Positions 19,691 through 30,045 of a DNA stretch of 64,000 bases are shown one piece after another. The notes beneath the pieces are model-generated. The model was not told the DNA's origin and searched no databases. It saw only the letters and a list, made by a program, of their open reading frames with translations. Source of the stretch: a virus. The position numbers and the translations under genes are program-made. The number at the start of each line of letters is the position of its first letter. The stretch's first letter is position 1. The stretch lies in the IMG/VR virus record IMGVR_UViG_3300028025_000092. The stretch is one strand, 5' to 3'.

Positions 19691-20245
19691 ATGCCAAACG
19701 TACTGTCAACTGACCCAAGATTTATTAGATATGCTAATTGTGATCCAGAAAAGCAGAAGAAAATAGTTTTCGAAGGATCTTTTTTAAAAATCATCATGGG
19801 ATCACAGGTATTAGACATGGTGGATCTTTCCAATTTTTTTCATCCAGCGTCCATAAACGGTGGGAGTTTTAAGAAAAGAGTTTATATTCCATCCGGGGGA
19901 TCTTATAATTTATATGGAGGAAATATTGCCCAGGATCAGGGAGAGGTTTCTATGATTGCTATTAGAGTAAAGTATGATCCATCCCTACCAGAGGTAGAAA
20001 AATTAATCTATTGGGAATACGAAGGAAATTTGTCACCGTGTAAAAATCTTTTATTTCTAACGGGTAAAACCCTTGATCATGTGAAACATCATGGATGGGA
20101 CTTGGAACCATATTCACCAGAGGCATCAACATTTTCCCCAGTATTAAGTCCGCAGCCAACATCACCAGATCTTAGCCTAGGCGGTATAGTACTTAAAAAT
20201 ACAACATTAAAAGAGGTTGAGGTAGAAATATTAGTAATGAATTAA
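19691..20245 (+). CDS. Putative virion structural protein (paralog of next ORF's N-terminal domain)
   Basis: Shares GEV.(F/M)..I.V.Y, (W/L)TG and GGIVL.N motifs with 20245-20877. Confidence 0.7.
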   Translation: MPNVLSTDPRFIRYANCDPEKQKKIVFEGSFLKIIMGSQVLDMVDLSNFFHPASINGGSFKKRVYIPSGGSYNLYGGNIAQDQGEVSMIAIRVKYDPSLPEVEKLIYWEYEGNLSPCKNLLFLTGKTLDHVKHHGWDLEPYSPEASTFSPVLSPQPTSPDLSLGGIVLKNTTLKEVEVEILVMN

Positions 20246-20877
20246 TGGCAACAGCACCACTTATATGTCAAGCAGATCTAGCAAACACCCTAATAGAAGG
20301 GGGACATTTCGACAAATGTACGCTGCTAGTAACCAAGGATTCAACTATAGTTAATTCGTTTAATTTCTGCGATTTCTCTTTGGACATTGATGAATTTTTC
20401 ACACAGAATTTAACGCTTGGACCTGGAAGTGCGTTTCTCCTCGACGATGGTGGCTTATCAAATTCTTTTGGTGAGGTTAAATTTCTCCTAATTAAAGTCA
20501 CATACCCGCAATCTTTCACAAAAGACAGCGACAAATACATCAATCTGGTACACGAAAATGTAACCTACCCAATCGGGGAATTACATGTTTGGACTGGAAA
20601 TCCTGGCGATTCAGCAGGAATGGGAATAGCAGTATCCCCTTCAGGAAGCCCACAATATAGTTCAGGCGGAATAGTGTTACATAATCCACACCTTAATTCA
20701 GTTAGTATTAAAATTATACTGGCATCAAGTGAGATTCAGGGAATTTATACTACTGCAGGGACAAGTGGAACATCGGGGGGTACTTCAGGATCATCTGGAT
20801 CATCCGGATCTAGCGGAATTGCAATTAATGCCGATTACTATGGAACTAGCGTTAATACAATAACAATACCAACATAA
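20245..20877 (+). CDS. Putative virion structural protein with C-terminal GTSGSS repeat
   Basis: Paralog of the previous ORF; short Gly-Ser/Thr triplet run. Confidence 0.7.
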   Translation: MATAPLICQADLANTLIEGGHFDKCTLLVTKDSTIVNSFNFCDFSLDIDEFFTQNLTLGPGSAFLLDDGGLSNSFGEVKFLLIKVTYPQSFTKDSDKYINLVHENVTYPIGELHVWTGNPGDSAGMGIAVSPSGSPQYSSGGIVLHNPHLNSVSIKIILASSEIQGIYTTAGTSGTSGGTSGSSGSSGSSGIAINADYYGTSVNTITIPT

Positions 20878-20885
20878 GAGAAAAA

Positions 20886-21926
20886 ATGCCATATTCCAAT
20901 ATATCACTAGTCACCGATCCTAATCTTCTGTTTCAGCAGTATGATTTTATACAACTGTCACATGACGCAAATAATTATATTATAGGAAGGGTTGTTAGTT
21001 ATAACCCAAATTCCGGGGAAATTGTTTTTACACCTTTGCAGATAAACGGATCTGGAACATACAGTTCGTGGAACATATCTTTAACAGGTTCCCCTGGACC
21101 GAGCGGAACTTCTGGCATTTCTTCATTGGTACCAGGTACCCCAAATGGCGTTATAAAAATTAATTCAGCAGGAACTGATATAGAGACCGATGGTAATTTA
21201 ACATTTGACGGACATACACTAACTATAGACCCATTTTCCTACAGCTTTGGTGGGGATCCTGTTTATAGGATAGTTTATCACGATGACGGAACTTCAGGAA
21301 AAGCAGGTATAGTAGTAAGAGGAGCAGTTCCGGGACAGCCATATGATGGAATTATAGAAAATACGGTACCACACGAATACCAGCATCAATTTGTCGTTGG
21401 AAGTAATAATATAGCTCACATAGATGCGCAGGGATTACATATTCAACAAGCATTAATAACCGATGGGGCAACACATTTTCAATATTTGGAAGAGGACACT
21501 TCCGCTAATAAATTTTTGGTTTGGAATCAAGGAACTAGCGGGGGATTAGTGGGTAAAGTCGGATGGACTACTTCTGGAACTGCAGGGGCTCAAGGACCAG
21601 CAGGGTCTTCGGGAACTAGCGGATCTAGTAATCTACCTGCATCAACGGGATGGAATATTAACAAGGAATATCAAATCAGCAACACAGAACAATTTACATT
21701 CTCTGGCGACTATGTTCTTGACGATTCCTATTTATATATAGAAGGTAGTAACGAACAAGTAGAATATTCAGCAAATAAATTTTTTAAAAAAACTGGTAAA
21801 ATTTTCATCGGAGGTAATTTATTACTCAAGAATTCACAGATAGAAAACGACGGAGAAATAAGTGTTGGAGGTGAAGTTATATTAACAGGTAATTCACAAA
21901 TAACAGGAACAGGAACAATAATATAA
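20886..21926 (+). CDS. Putative fibre/appendage protein
   Basis: Gly-X-Y stretches and beta-rich; N-terminal domain shared with the 39385-41934 fibre. Confidence 0.65.
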   Translation: MPYSNISLVTDPNLLFQQYDFIQLSHDANNYIIGRVVSYNPNSGEIVFTPLQINGSGTYSSWNISLTGSPGPSGTSGISSLVPGTPNGVIKINSAGTDIETDGNLTFDGHTLTIDPFSYSFGGDPVYRIVYHDDGTSGKAGIVVRGAVPGQPYDGIIENTVPHEYQHQFVVGSNNIAHIDAQGLHIQQALITDGATHFQYLEEDTSANKFLVWNQGTSGGLVGKVGWTTSGTAGAQGPAGSSGTSGSSNLPASTGWNINKEYQISNTEQFTFSGDYVLDDSYLYIEGSNEQVEYSANKFFKKTGKIFIGGNLLLKNSQIENDGEISVGGEVILTGNSQITGTGTII

Positions 21927-21932
21927 AAAGAT

Positions 21933-24251
21933 ATGCAATACATACAATTACAGGGACAAGTAGCAGCAGGATTGGACACCCCACTTGCTGGAGGTTTTAA
22001 TCTATTTGTCGACACGGCTGATAATACTATAAAAATAAAAGATTCTGAAGGCAATCTAACTGGTAGTGGAATTTCATTGGTCGAAATAACACGTGCAGAA
22101 TTATTGACAGCAATAGGTGATGAGGAATTAGTACCTGGTGCATTTTATAAAATATCGGGGGTAGCAACAGGTTCTGATGAGATTCTGCTACAAGAAGGAG
22201 GCACCACTATTATTTTACAAGCAATAACATCGTCTCTCCTTAGCTCAAAGGGATTTGGTTTATTCTGGAATCCTAATTACGACACTATAGATGTTTGGGA
22301 TAACACATTTCGTCTTGAAATGGCTGCAGGTGTTACTGGTCCATTTTTTGATATGGAAGAGCTTCTTAACTGTGATGCACCTTCAAACGTTGTTCTAAAA
22401 CCTAATGTTTATGATGTTTATGCAACCGTAACTTTAACCGATTACAGTGCTTCTGATTTCTTTACTGAACCAGATAATTATCCAATCTCATTTATAAGCG
22501 ATAACACTGGAATAGAGGGAGATTTCATTTCAGCAAGCTACACATCCTCTTATACCGTAGGGGATTTTGCTATTTGGGGTGGTAGAGTTTGGGGAAATTT
22601 ATCAGGAAATATTGGAAGCGTTGTAGATGAATTTGAACTTAACGAAGAAGATTGGCAATTAGTTCCTTTTGCAGAAGGTCCTTGTTATAATTTAGTAATA
22701 GACGAAATTGAATACGACTCTGCTAATAATCACATATCATACAGAAGAAATGCAAAGAATAATATCACTGTAATTTATCAATACAATTCTGGAGATACCG
22801 GAACAAGCGGAATTAGAAAATTTCCTTGGGGACACGGAGACGTAAAGAATGTGTATTTAGAAAATTCAGACACACAGAATCTAGTAAACTTACACAATTC
22901 GAATAGTATCAATAGCCTTCATATGAAAAACGATAGCAGATTTGAAGCAGACTATTGGGGCAGAAATAACGATTTTAATGACATATATGGGGATGTTGAT
23001 AGCGATATTGAAGGACTAAGATTAGGAAGCGGAACAGGAATTAATAATGTGAGACTTGGAATTAATACTACTCTTGGCGGCGGGGATCCTATCTATATGG
23101 CTGGTAACGACGGTGATAATGGATTATACGATCTTACCCTAGGAAATGACGTTGATATCTACGGGATTGAACTTTATGAGGATTCGTATATTACAAACTG
23201 TGTTTTATCTAACGATGCTGATATTTACAACATGGTTATGTATAATGGGTCATATTTGCAAGATATTATTATGGAATCTGACGGAACAATTAACTCCGTA
23301 GAGATGGGCGATGGTTCTCGTATTAACAATGCCAGGTTGGAAGAAAACGCATCTCTAAGCAATCTTAATCTGGATAAAAATTCTTATATTCAAAATGCTT
23401 CTATTGGAATTAGTTCCAATATAGAATACAGTTCTCTTGGAGAATCTTGTTATATCGACGAAGTTCATTTAGGCATAGATTCATCAATCAATTGCGTTAC
23501 CTTATCAAGACAGAATTCGTATAGCCCTTATATTCAAGGCGTTTCTTTAGGATCAAATTCTTCAATGTCTAACATAAATTTATCTAACAATACTTACATC
23601 AGTTCTGTTAAATTCTCAGACGATTGCGGGATTGGACAGATATCTATAAGCGGGGCAAGTGGGGGTTATATTTCTAATTTTGAAGTTGAACAAAACGGAG
23701 GATTTGGTAGTTTCGAGATCGACGCTTCAGAAGGAACCGCATTTCTTGATAATTTTAAAATAGGCCAAGACTCCGGATTTGGTAATATACCTGATGTAAC
23801 GTCAGGCGTAGAATCCAAAACAATTAGCAGAGAATTTAACAATCTTGGAGCAAGTGATTTTATTGCTGGGTTAACAGGTTCATTCGGAACTGGTGACATA
23901 TCTGCTATGCCACAATTAGATCCTACTAAAACCTTCCACATATTGGATACGACAGGATGGGACGGACAGGTAAATGCCTTAAATTATCATTTACCTGATG
24001 GAAACTGGGATGGTCAGACTGTTAAATTCTTTACAACGGACAATGGTATTAATATGGGTAATTTAGAAGATATTAGAATTTATCTAAATCTCGGAACACC
24101 TTTTAACGTTAGTAATAGTCCAATACTAGACTCTTGGTATCCTTTTATTACATATGATAGAGGAATTGGCGAAATTGTTCGTAGAAATGACGTACCAACT
24201 GCAATTTGGCTTGGTGATAGATGGATCATAGATAACGATCAGTGGGATTAA
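21933..24251 (+). CDS. Acidic beta-helix/solenoid protein (putative tailspike or adhesin)
   Basis: ~11-aa repeats (I.N..L..(D/N)S.I) over the middle third; lies in the fibre cluster. Confidence 0.65.
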   Translation: MQYIQLQGQVAAGLDTPLAGGFNLFVDTADNTIKIKDSEGNLTGSGISLVEITRAELLTAIGDEELVPGAFYKISGVATGSDEILLQEGGTTIILQAITSSLLSSKGFGLFWNPNYDTIDVWDNTFRLEMAAGVTGPFFDMEELLNCDAPSNVVLKPNVYDVYATVTLTDYSASDFFTEPDNYPISFISDNTGIEGDFISASYTSSYTVGDFAIWGGRVWGNLSGNIGSVVDEFELNEEDWQLVPFAEGPCYNLVIDEIEYDSANNHISYRRNAKNNITVIYQYNSGDTGTSGIRKFPWGHGDVKNVYLENSDTQNLVNLHNSNSINSLHMKNDSRFEADYWGRNNDFNDIYGDVDSDIEGLRLGSGTGINNVRLGINTTLGGGDPIYMAGNDGDNGLYDLTLGNDVDIYGIELYEDSYITNCVLSNDADIYNMVMYNGSYLQDIIMESDGTINSVEMGDGSRINNARLEENASLSNLNLDKNSYIQNASIGISSNIEYSSLGESCYIDEVHLGIDSSINCVTLSRQNSYSPYIQGVSLGSNSSMSNINLSNNTYISSVKFSDDCGIGQISISGASGGYISNFEVEQNGGFGSFEIDASEGTAFLDNFKIGQDSGFGNIPDVTSGVESKTISREFNNLGASDFIAGLTGSFGTGDISAMPQLDPTKTFHILDTTGWDGQVNALNYHLPDGNWDGQTVKFFTTDNGINMGNLEDIRIYLNLGTPFNVSNSPILDSWYPFITYDRGIGEIVRRNDVPTAIWLGDRWIIDNDQWD

Positions 24252-24276
24252 CAATAAAAAATAAAAAATAAATAAA

Positions 24277-24558
24277 ATGGCAAAGTACGAAAAGAGAGAC
24301 AGAGCAGCATTTGTAATAAATTTTGACGAGCCGGTTACCGAAAGTGTAATTGGGGGAAATGCTCTTAAAACTAAAAAGATCTTGATTGCAAAAATAATCG
24401 ACAATCCAGGAACAAAAACAGTGGCAGTAATGACTCTTAAGAATAAATTATATGTTCTATGGAGAGGAGATGCATACGATGCTATCGGAAACTGGACAAA
24501 CGAGCAAGTAGAGTCAAGAGTAAGAGAACTTGTTTTAGCAGGTCAAATGGGTGAATAA
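24277..24558 (+). CDS. Small hypothetical protein (fibre-associated)
   Basis: LW.GDAYDAIGNWT motif; lies between fibre genes. Confidence 0.7.
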   Translation: MAKYEKRDRAAFVINFDEPVTESVIGGNALKTKKILIAKIIDNPGTKTVAVMTLKNKLYVLWRGDAYDAIGNWTNEQVESRVRELVLAGQMGE

Positions 24559-24571
24559 ATAACACAAACAA

Positions 24572-26353
24572 ATGTTTGAAAGTAAATTAAATAGGGGAAG
24601 AGCAAACGGCTACGCTCCATTAGATTCTGAAGGCAAAGTCCCTTTAGATAAAACATACGTTGGTGCTAATGGAACGTCCGGGGTATCTGGTACATCCGGA
24701 ACATCAGGAGCTCAGGGTTCTTCTGGTAATTCAGGTTCTTCGGGAACATCCGGAGAAACCGGTACTTCTGGTGAATCTGGTACTTCTGGTACTTCTGGGC
24801 AAAACGGTACTTCAGGAACATCGATCTTATTGGACTCTATTTTAACATTTAATGACAATACAATACAAGGCGGTAATATTGGTGCAACTGGAACTAAAAT
24901 CACAATAAATCAATCCTATAATGCACAAACCAGCATGAACGGTAATGGTGTATTGGTAACTAATAACCCAACAAACAGTCAGGTACAGGTTGGATGGATT
25001 GTTAGATTTTATGACAACACAGTAAGAACAGTAATAGGGGCATCTGTACCTGTTGGGCAAAGCTATTTTAATATTCAGATAGATTCTAATGTAAATATAG
25101 ATCCAGGTTATCCTCTAACCGTAGAAAGTCCAGATTACTTCGAAGGTGACGATCCTTTTGTAGAGATTAAAGCTGGGAATAACAGTTTAGTTTTAGCTAA
25201 TGATGGAATTACAACATTTCCGGGTAGTATACATAAAACAACAGACGCATCGATTATAGTAGGTTCATTCCCAGTAGCAGAGAATATTATAGTATATGGA
25301 ATAGACTATCAAGCACCATTTTGGCGTATGTTTTTTCTCAGCCCTGTATATCCCAATCTTGGTACAGATGTTACAGTAGGTACTACGGTAACTACAACTT
25401 GGGGTACACCAGTAACTGCTACAGTACAAGAGGTGATAGACGACACAGGGTCTTCCTTTTGGGTGTTTCTCGTTGATGAAGATGTGCTTACGGGATTTGT
25501 TGGTGCAACAGGTTTAACAGTTACATTTGGTAATATACCTAAAACCTGGACATTCGGCACAAGTGGCTTGCTAACCTTACCTAATGGTGATGTGATACCA
25601 GGTTCTGCCGTTAATGGTACATCAGGTACAAGTGGTAGTGATGGTACTTCGGGACAAAATGGAACATCAGGTGAATCTGGTACTTCGGGTGAATCTGGAA
25701 CTTCAGGTTCATCAGGTAGTGCGGGATCTTCAGGATCGTCGGGTTCTACAGGAACGTCGGGAGTTAATGGATCTTCGGGATCTTCAGGGCAATCCGGTGC
25801 TGTTGGAACATCAGGTACATCAGGAAGCGCAGGATCTTCTGGATCAACGGGTGCTTCTGGATCTTCAGGATCATCCGGGTTATCTGGTAGTTCAGGTTCA
25901 ACAGGAACTTCAGGTTCATCAGGAACTAGTGGAAGCACCGGATCTTCTGGTAGTTCAGGTTCAACAGGAACTTCAGGATCTACTGGGACATCAGGAACAG
26001 CAGGTACTTCTTTTAGCTCTCCCTATTCTGGAAATTTTAACGGAACCTCAGGACAGGCTTGGATTTCATCATACGGTGCTACTACCTCAATTAACTGGAA
26101 TAATAGCAACGTTCAAACACGAACTCTTGCAGCTAGCGAGACTTTTACTTTTGCAAATCCTAATAATGGTGCGACTTATATACTAATAGTAAGACAGGCA
26201 GCTGCCGGAAGTTATACCATCACTTGGCCGTCAGTTTCGTGGAGTGGCGGATCCGCTCCTACTATGACAGCTACTGCCAATAAATATGATGTCTATACAT
26301 TCGTGTATGCTAATAGCATCTATTATGGATCATATGTACAAAACTTCACATAA
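24572..26353 (+). CDS. Collagen-like (Gly-Ser/Thr-Ser) fibre protein
   Basis: N-terminal ANGYAPLDSEGKVP fibre motif, two long G-x-S triplet runs, C-terminal INWNNSNVQ...TITWPS.V.W..GSAPT...DVYTF module. Confidence 0.8.
   Translation: MFESKLNRGRANGYAPLDSEGKVPLDKTYVGANGTSGVSGTSGTSGAQGSSGNSGSSGTSGETGTSGESGTSGTSGQNGTSGTSILLDSILTFNDNTIQGGNIGATGTKITINQSYNAQTSMNGNGVLVTNNPTNSQVQVGWIVRFYDNTVRTVIGASVPVGQSYFNIQIDSNVNIDPGYPLTVESPDYFEGDDPFVEIKAGNNSLVLANDGITTFPGSIHKTTDASIIVGSFPVAENIIVYGIDYQAPFWRMFFLSPVYPNLGTDVTVGTTVTTTWGTPVTATVQEVIDDTGSSFWVFLVDEDVLTGFVGATGLTVTFGNIPKTWTFGTSGLLTLPNGDVIPGSAVNGTSGTSGSDGTSGQNGTSGESGTSGESGTSGSSGSAGSSGSSGSTGTSGVNGSSGSSGQSGAVGTSGTSGSAGSSGSTGASGSSGSSGLSGSSGSTGTSGSSGTSGSTGSSGSSGSTGTSGSTGTSGTAGTSFSSPYSGNFNGTSGQAWISSYGATTSINWNNSNVQTRTLAASETFTFANPNNGATYILIVRQAAAGSYTITWPSVSWSGGSAPTMTATANKYDVYTFVYANSIYYGSYVQNFT
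25615..26010 (+). repeat. Gly-X-Y (GTS/GSS) coding repeat
   Basis: Long run of degenerate 9-bp units such as ggatcttca/ggaacatca. Confidence 0.85.
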
Positions 26354-27480
26354 TGTTTACATTTCCAATAAGTTTTATAAAAAGTTCAGTTCCGACATTT
26401 ACATCTGCAACCTTCACGGCAGTTGGTAGTACTTCATGGGTTGCACCTACTGGAGTTACTTCAATAGAGTATCTTGTAGTCGCTGGTGGTGGAGGTGGAG
26501 GCAATGGCTATGATAATGCTGGTGGCGGCGGAGGTGGAGCCGGTATGGTACTTACAGGAACACTATCGGTGACCCCAGGAAATTCTTACACGGTCACTAT
26601 TGGAGATGGCGGAGAAGGTGGTGCAAATGCTAGAGCTAATAATGCCGGTTCGTCAGGTAATAATAGTGTCTTAGATTCAATAACCGCTCTTGGTGGTGGT
26701 GCTGGACAAGGCAGTCGCACCGGCGGATCTGTTGGTGCTGCACAAATATCCAATACGACTGCACCAACAGGTGGAACAGGCACCGGCGGAGGTTTTGGCG
26801 GAAAGGGGGGTGGTGGCGCAGGCGGCGCTGGTAGTGCTAACTCTGGAACTACCGGTGGTGCAGGAGGTGCAGGTTTAGCGTCATCTCTAAGCGGAGCTTC
26901 GGTAACGTACGGAATAGGCGGTGCTGGTGCAAACAGCGGTACACAAAATGGTGGTGCAGCTGGATCAGCCAACACCGGTAATGGTGGGCAAGCTGGTGGT
27001 GCTGCATCTGCTAGCTCAGTAGGTGGCGGTAAAGGAGGCTCTGGTATAGTTATTATCAGAAATAGAGCAGTAACATTTTCTCAAGCATTTGTAGGCGGTG
27101 TTGCACCTTTATCAGCAGTAGAAACTGCATGGAATACTTTTAGAGCAGCACTTACTGGTACTTACACAAGTTTCACATGGTCGAGTACGAATGGTAGTTC
27201 ACTAACAGTATCGGATCCTACTAAAGTTCAAACCCTTGCAAATAATTTAAGAACCGCAACTGTAGGGAATGTTACTATTGGATCTACCCTATGGGCAGTA
27301 GGAACCGGTTGCGGTACACCTAAAATAGGTGGTGTTGCAGTTGAATTTTCTAATATTGGATCTTGTAGCGCTTCTAGTACCTATGCGCTAAGACCGATGA
27401 TCAACAATGCTAACTGGGGAGGTACTAATCAATCGACAGTCAACGCACCGTCACAGACAATAACATTAACATTCTTCTAA
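26353..27480 (+). CDS. Glycine-rich fibre-tip / receptor-binding protein
   Basis: YLVVAGGGGGG...GGGGAG...YTVTIGDGG...GGSGIVIIR glycine-rich domain plus a distinct C-terminal domain. Confidence 0.75.
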   Translation: MFTFPISFIKSSVPTFTSATFTAVGSTSWVAPTGVTSIEYLVVAGGGGGGNGYDNAGGGGGGAGMVLTGTLSVTPGNSYTVTIGDGGEGGANARANNAGSSGNNSVLDSITALGGGAGQGSRTGGSVGAAQISNTTAPTGGTGTGGGFGGKGGGGAGGAGSANSGTTGGAGGAGLASSLSGASVTYGIGGAGANSGTQNGGAAGSANTGNGGQAGGAASASSVGGGKGGSGIVIIRNRAVTFSQAFVGGVAPLSAVETAWNTFRAALTGTYTSFTWSSTNGSSLTVSDPTKVQTLANNLRTATVGNVTIGSTLWAVGTGCGTPKIGGVAVEFSNIGSCSASSTYALRPMINNANWGGTNQSTVNAPSQTITLTFF

Positions 27481-27481
27481 A

Positions 27482-27619
27482 ATGTACTATATAGCAAGAA
27501 CAAATAATTTATCTACCCCGGTAGACCCTACACTCGATAATTTAACTTACGAAGCTGCAATGGATTGGATACAGAACGTGGGCAACATAGTAGAATACAC
27601 TATTGTTCAAAGAAACTAG
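27482..27619 (+). CDS. 45-aa small protein below ORF-track cutoff (MYYIARTNNL...VQRN)
   Basis: ATG 1 nt after the previous stop, open to TAG 27617-27619, filling the gap. Confidence 0.55.
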   Translation: MYYIARTNNLSTPVDPTLDNLTYEAAMDWIQNVGNIVEYTIVQRN

Positions 27620-27631
27620 CCTTATATTTTT

Positions 27632-27700
27632 GATATATAATGGATATACTGACTTTAAACTCAGAATGCTTAAAAAATGGTTTTAGAACATAGATATATA
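27632..27700 (+). promoter_or_regulatory. Tandem late promoter boxes GATATATA (27632-27639, 27693-27700)
   Basis: Two exact copies before ATG 27722. Confidence 0.7.
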
Positions 27701-27721
27701 CAATAAAATAAATCCCTCAAA

Positions 27722-29980
27722 ATGGATAGAATTAATTTCGACGATAATCTGTCACAGATAAAAATGGAAAAAGCGAAAGCTGCTGCCGCTCTTTTAAACG
27801 AAAGCTGGGGTGGCAATGGCGGTTTTACATCAGGTGCTGCTGGCTCATATACAGACGGTTTACAAAAAGAGATTGAAAACATGTCTACAGAACACAGAAA
27901 AGCAATAAAATCTTCTTTTTCTGTTGGAGTTTTAGAGACTGCAATGGCTTTAAATAATACCTCTTTTGTTGAATTAGCAGAAGCTAAAATCTTAGTTGAC
28001 AAATACATCAATCACGTATCAATCAAAGGTCTTTCCGAGGCATTCCTTATAGAAGCAATGATCTCAGAATTGGAAAACTTTGCTTGGGAAAAGAACGTAA
28101 AACCAGCTTTATCTAATCTAAAAAAAGCATTCGAAAGCAACAGAAAAGAGATTGAGGTTGCTAAAGCAATCGAAGAAATCAACGGATCTGGCGGTAGAGA
28201 CTTATACTCTTCTATTGTTGAAACTATGAGAAATTGGTTAGCATCTGAAGACAGAGTTTCTGAAAAACTTTTGATGGATCTTAAGAAATGGGCATTTAAT
28301 CCATCTGTTAGATCCCTTGTTGAGAGAGTATCTAATTTACAAAACGAAACTGGAAATAAATTTAATGTTAAAGTTAATTCTTCTAACTGTGATGTCCAAT
28401 CTATCATCGCTCCAAGTCTAGTTACAGAAAACTCTTCGGTTTTCGTAACGTCAAATAGATTCTTTAGAGCAACAGAGGATGGTGTAAGAATCATGAAAAG
28501 AGAAGAAGCTGGAAGACTTTCAGGTAAATTCCTAAAAGCTGTTTTAGCTCTTTCTAACCCTAATGTTAAAATTAATGAAAGTGGTTTAGATCTTTATGTT
28601 GGTAAAAATAAATTATCAGTTGTATTTGAAAGCGAAACTGACACTAAGAATATTTTCTTTAATGGTAGAAGAGTAGCAGAAGATAAATTAGGATTTACAC
28701 TTTCTTTTGAATTAAGAAATGGATTTCAAGGATCTGCTAATGCAATAGAGCATGCAGTACAAGTAGTAGAAGCTGCTAACTACCTTTCTGAGATTGATTT
28801 TGGAAAGAAAATCGTTTCTAAAATATACGAGGGCGTAGAAGCTAACGTATTTAAATTTGAAAACAGGGTCTTTGTACACAAGGTAAACCCTGCTATGAAG
28901 AAGAATGAACTTTTAGAGGGTAACGGTAGTCAGGCAGTTAATGCAGTAAAAGAATTCTTAGGATTTGATCTTTCTGAGTCGATGACACAGATTTTAGACA
29001 AAGAAGATAGGATTCTTTCCATTATGAAAAACGACAAAAATGAAATTAGAAAGAATTTAGAAATAGTAGAAAGTGAAATTAGTAAAATAAACAAAGCACT
29101 AGAAACAAACCCATCTCTTCAGAATTCGGACGAAATCAAAGAGGCACAAAAAATGCTTTCTTCAGAATCTAACGTGTTAAAGGAAAAATGGAATCAGATC
29201 TCAGTAGAAATCGAAAGATTCGAAAAAGGAGCTAAAAAGACTGTAGTTACAGAAAGCGAGGGATATGGTATAAACACTGATGTTAAAATTAACAGAAACG
29301 GAGAAAAAGGTAAAGTAGTAGGTGTAAATGGAAATTCTAAAACATACACTGTTATGTTTGAAAATGGAAAAACCGGAGAATTTTTCTTTAACGATGTGAC
29401 TGATATCTCAGACGAAATTAGAAATATAGAATTAACTAGAGTTAATGATTTAGAGGAAGATCTTGATGAGACTAACGAAGGATTAGAAGCAGATATGGAA
29501 TTAGCAGAAGCACCGGACGCAACTGCAGCAGGCTCATCAAAAGATATTGAGGATTTAAAATCTCATAATTTAGCAGACTTAGACGTTAAGAGCGGTAAAA
29601 AATTAAAAGAAGATCCAAAAGGAACTTCAGGTAAACATGAATTAGCAGTTGCTCCTGGGCACACAGCAAAAACTGGAAAGAAATTCGTTCAAAAAGAAAA
29701 GAATGCTAATTTAGCTGATGCACCACACAGTACAGCTGCTGGATCTTCTAAAGATATTGAGGATTTAAAAGCTCACAATTTAGCAATTATCGAATCTCAA
29801 AAGAATGCTAACTACGAAAAAGCACCTTCTGGAAAGAAAGAAAAAGTTAAAAAATTAGTTCTTGGCAAAAAAGGAACTTTAGCTAAAGCACCAGGTAACA
29901 GCAAGTTAAATGGTAAAGGTGACCACGAGCCTCTTAATAGAGCAACTCTATCTAAAGCACCTTCTACAAAAAAAAAGTAA
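27722..29980 (+). CDS. Large late protein, probable prohead core/internal protein
   Basis: Coiled coil, SH3/KOW-like segment, repeated LAxAP units in a charged tail, LNE/INE/VTE/IIE motifs like gp21 cleavage sites. Confidence 0.7.
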   Translation: MDRINFDDNLSQIKMEKAKAAAALLNESWGGNGGFTSGAAGSYTDGLQKEIENMSTEHRKAIKSSFSVGVLETAMALNNTSFVELAEAKILVDKYINHVSIKGLSEAFLIEAMISELENFAWEKNVKPALSNLKKAFESNRKEIEVAKAIEEINGSGGRDLYSSIVETMRNWLASEDRVSEKLLMDLKKWAFNPSVRSLVERVSNLQNETGNKFNVKVNSSNCDVQSIIAPSLVTENSSVFVTSNRFFRATEDGVRIMKREEAGRLSGKFLKAVLALSNPNVKINESGLDLYVGKNKLSVVFESETDTKNIFFNGRRVAEDKLGFTLSFELRNGFQGSANAIEHAVQVVEAANYLSEIDFGKKIVSKIYEGVEANVFKFENRVFVHKVNPAMKKNELLEGNGSQAVNAVKEFLGFDLSESMTQILDKEDRILSIMKNDKNEIRKNLEIVESEISKINKALETNPSLQNSDEIKEAQKMLSSESNVLKEKWNQISVEIERFEKGAKKTVVTESEGYGINTDVKINRNGEKGKVVGVNGNSKTYTVMFENGKTGEFFFNDVTDISDEIRNIELTRVNDLEEDLDETNEGLEADMELAEAPDATAAGSSKDIEDLKSHNLADLDVKSGKKLKEDPKGTSGKHELAVAPGHTAKTGKKFVQKEKNANLADAPHSTAAGSSKDIEDLKAHNLAIIESQKNANYEKAPSGKKEKVKKLVLGKKGTLAKAPGNSKLNGKGDHEPLNRATLSKAPSTKKK

Positions 29981-30002
29981 ATACAATTTCTGAACATAGA
30001 GC

Positions 30003-30045
30003 AGAGTTCGTTTCCGAAGGAATGGGAGACGAACTCTCTTTTTTT
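30003..30045 (+). terminator. Hairpin/terminator overlapping start of 30022 ORF
   Basis: AGAGTTCGTTTCC...GGAGACGAACTCT stem followed by a T-run. Confidence 0.7.

Noticed and set aside
25309-26186. Long alternative ORFs (25309-25938 minus, 25614-26186 plus) over the collagen repeats
   Set aside because: Shadows of stop-free GGN-TCN/ACN repeat coding; the same applies to 40941-41546 and 40976-41509.
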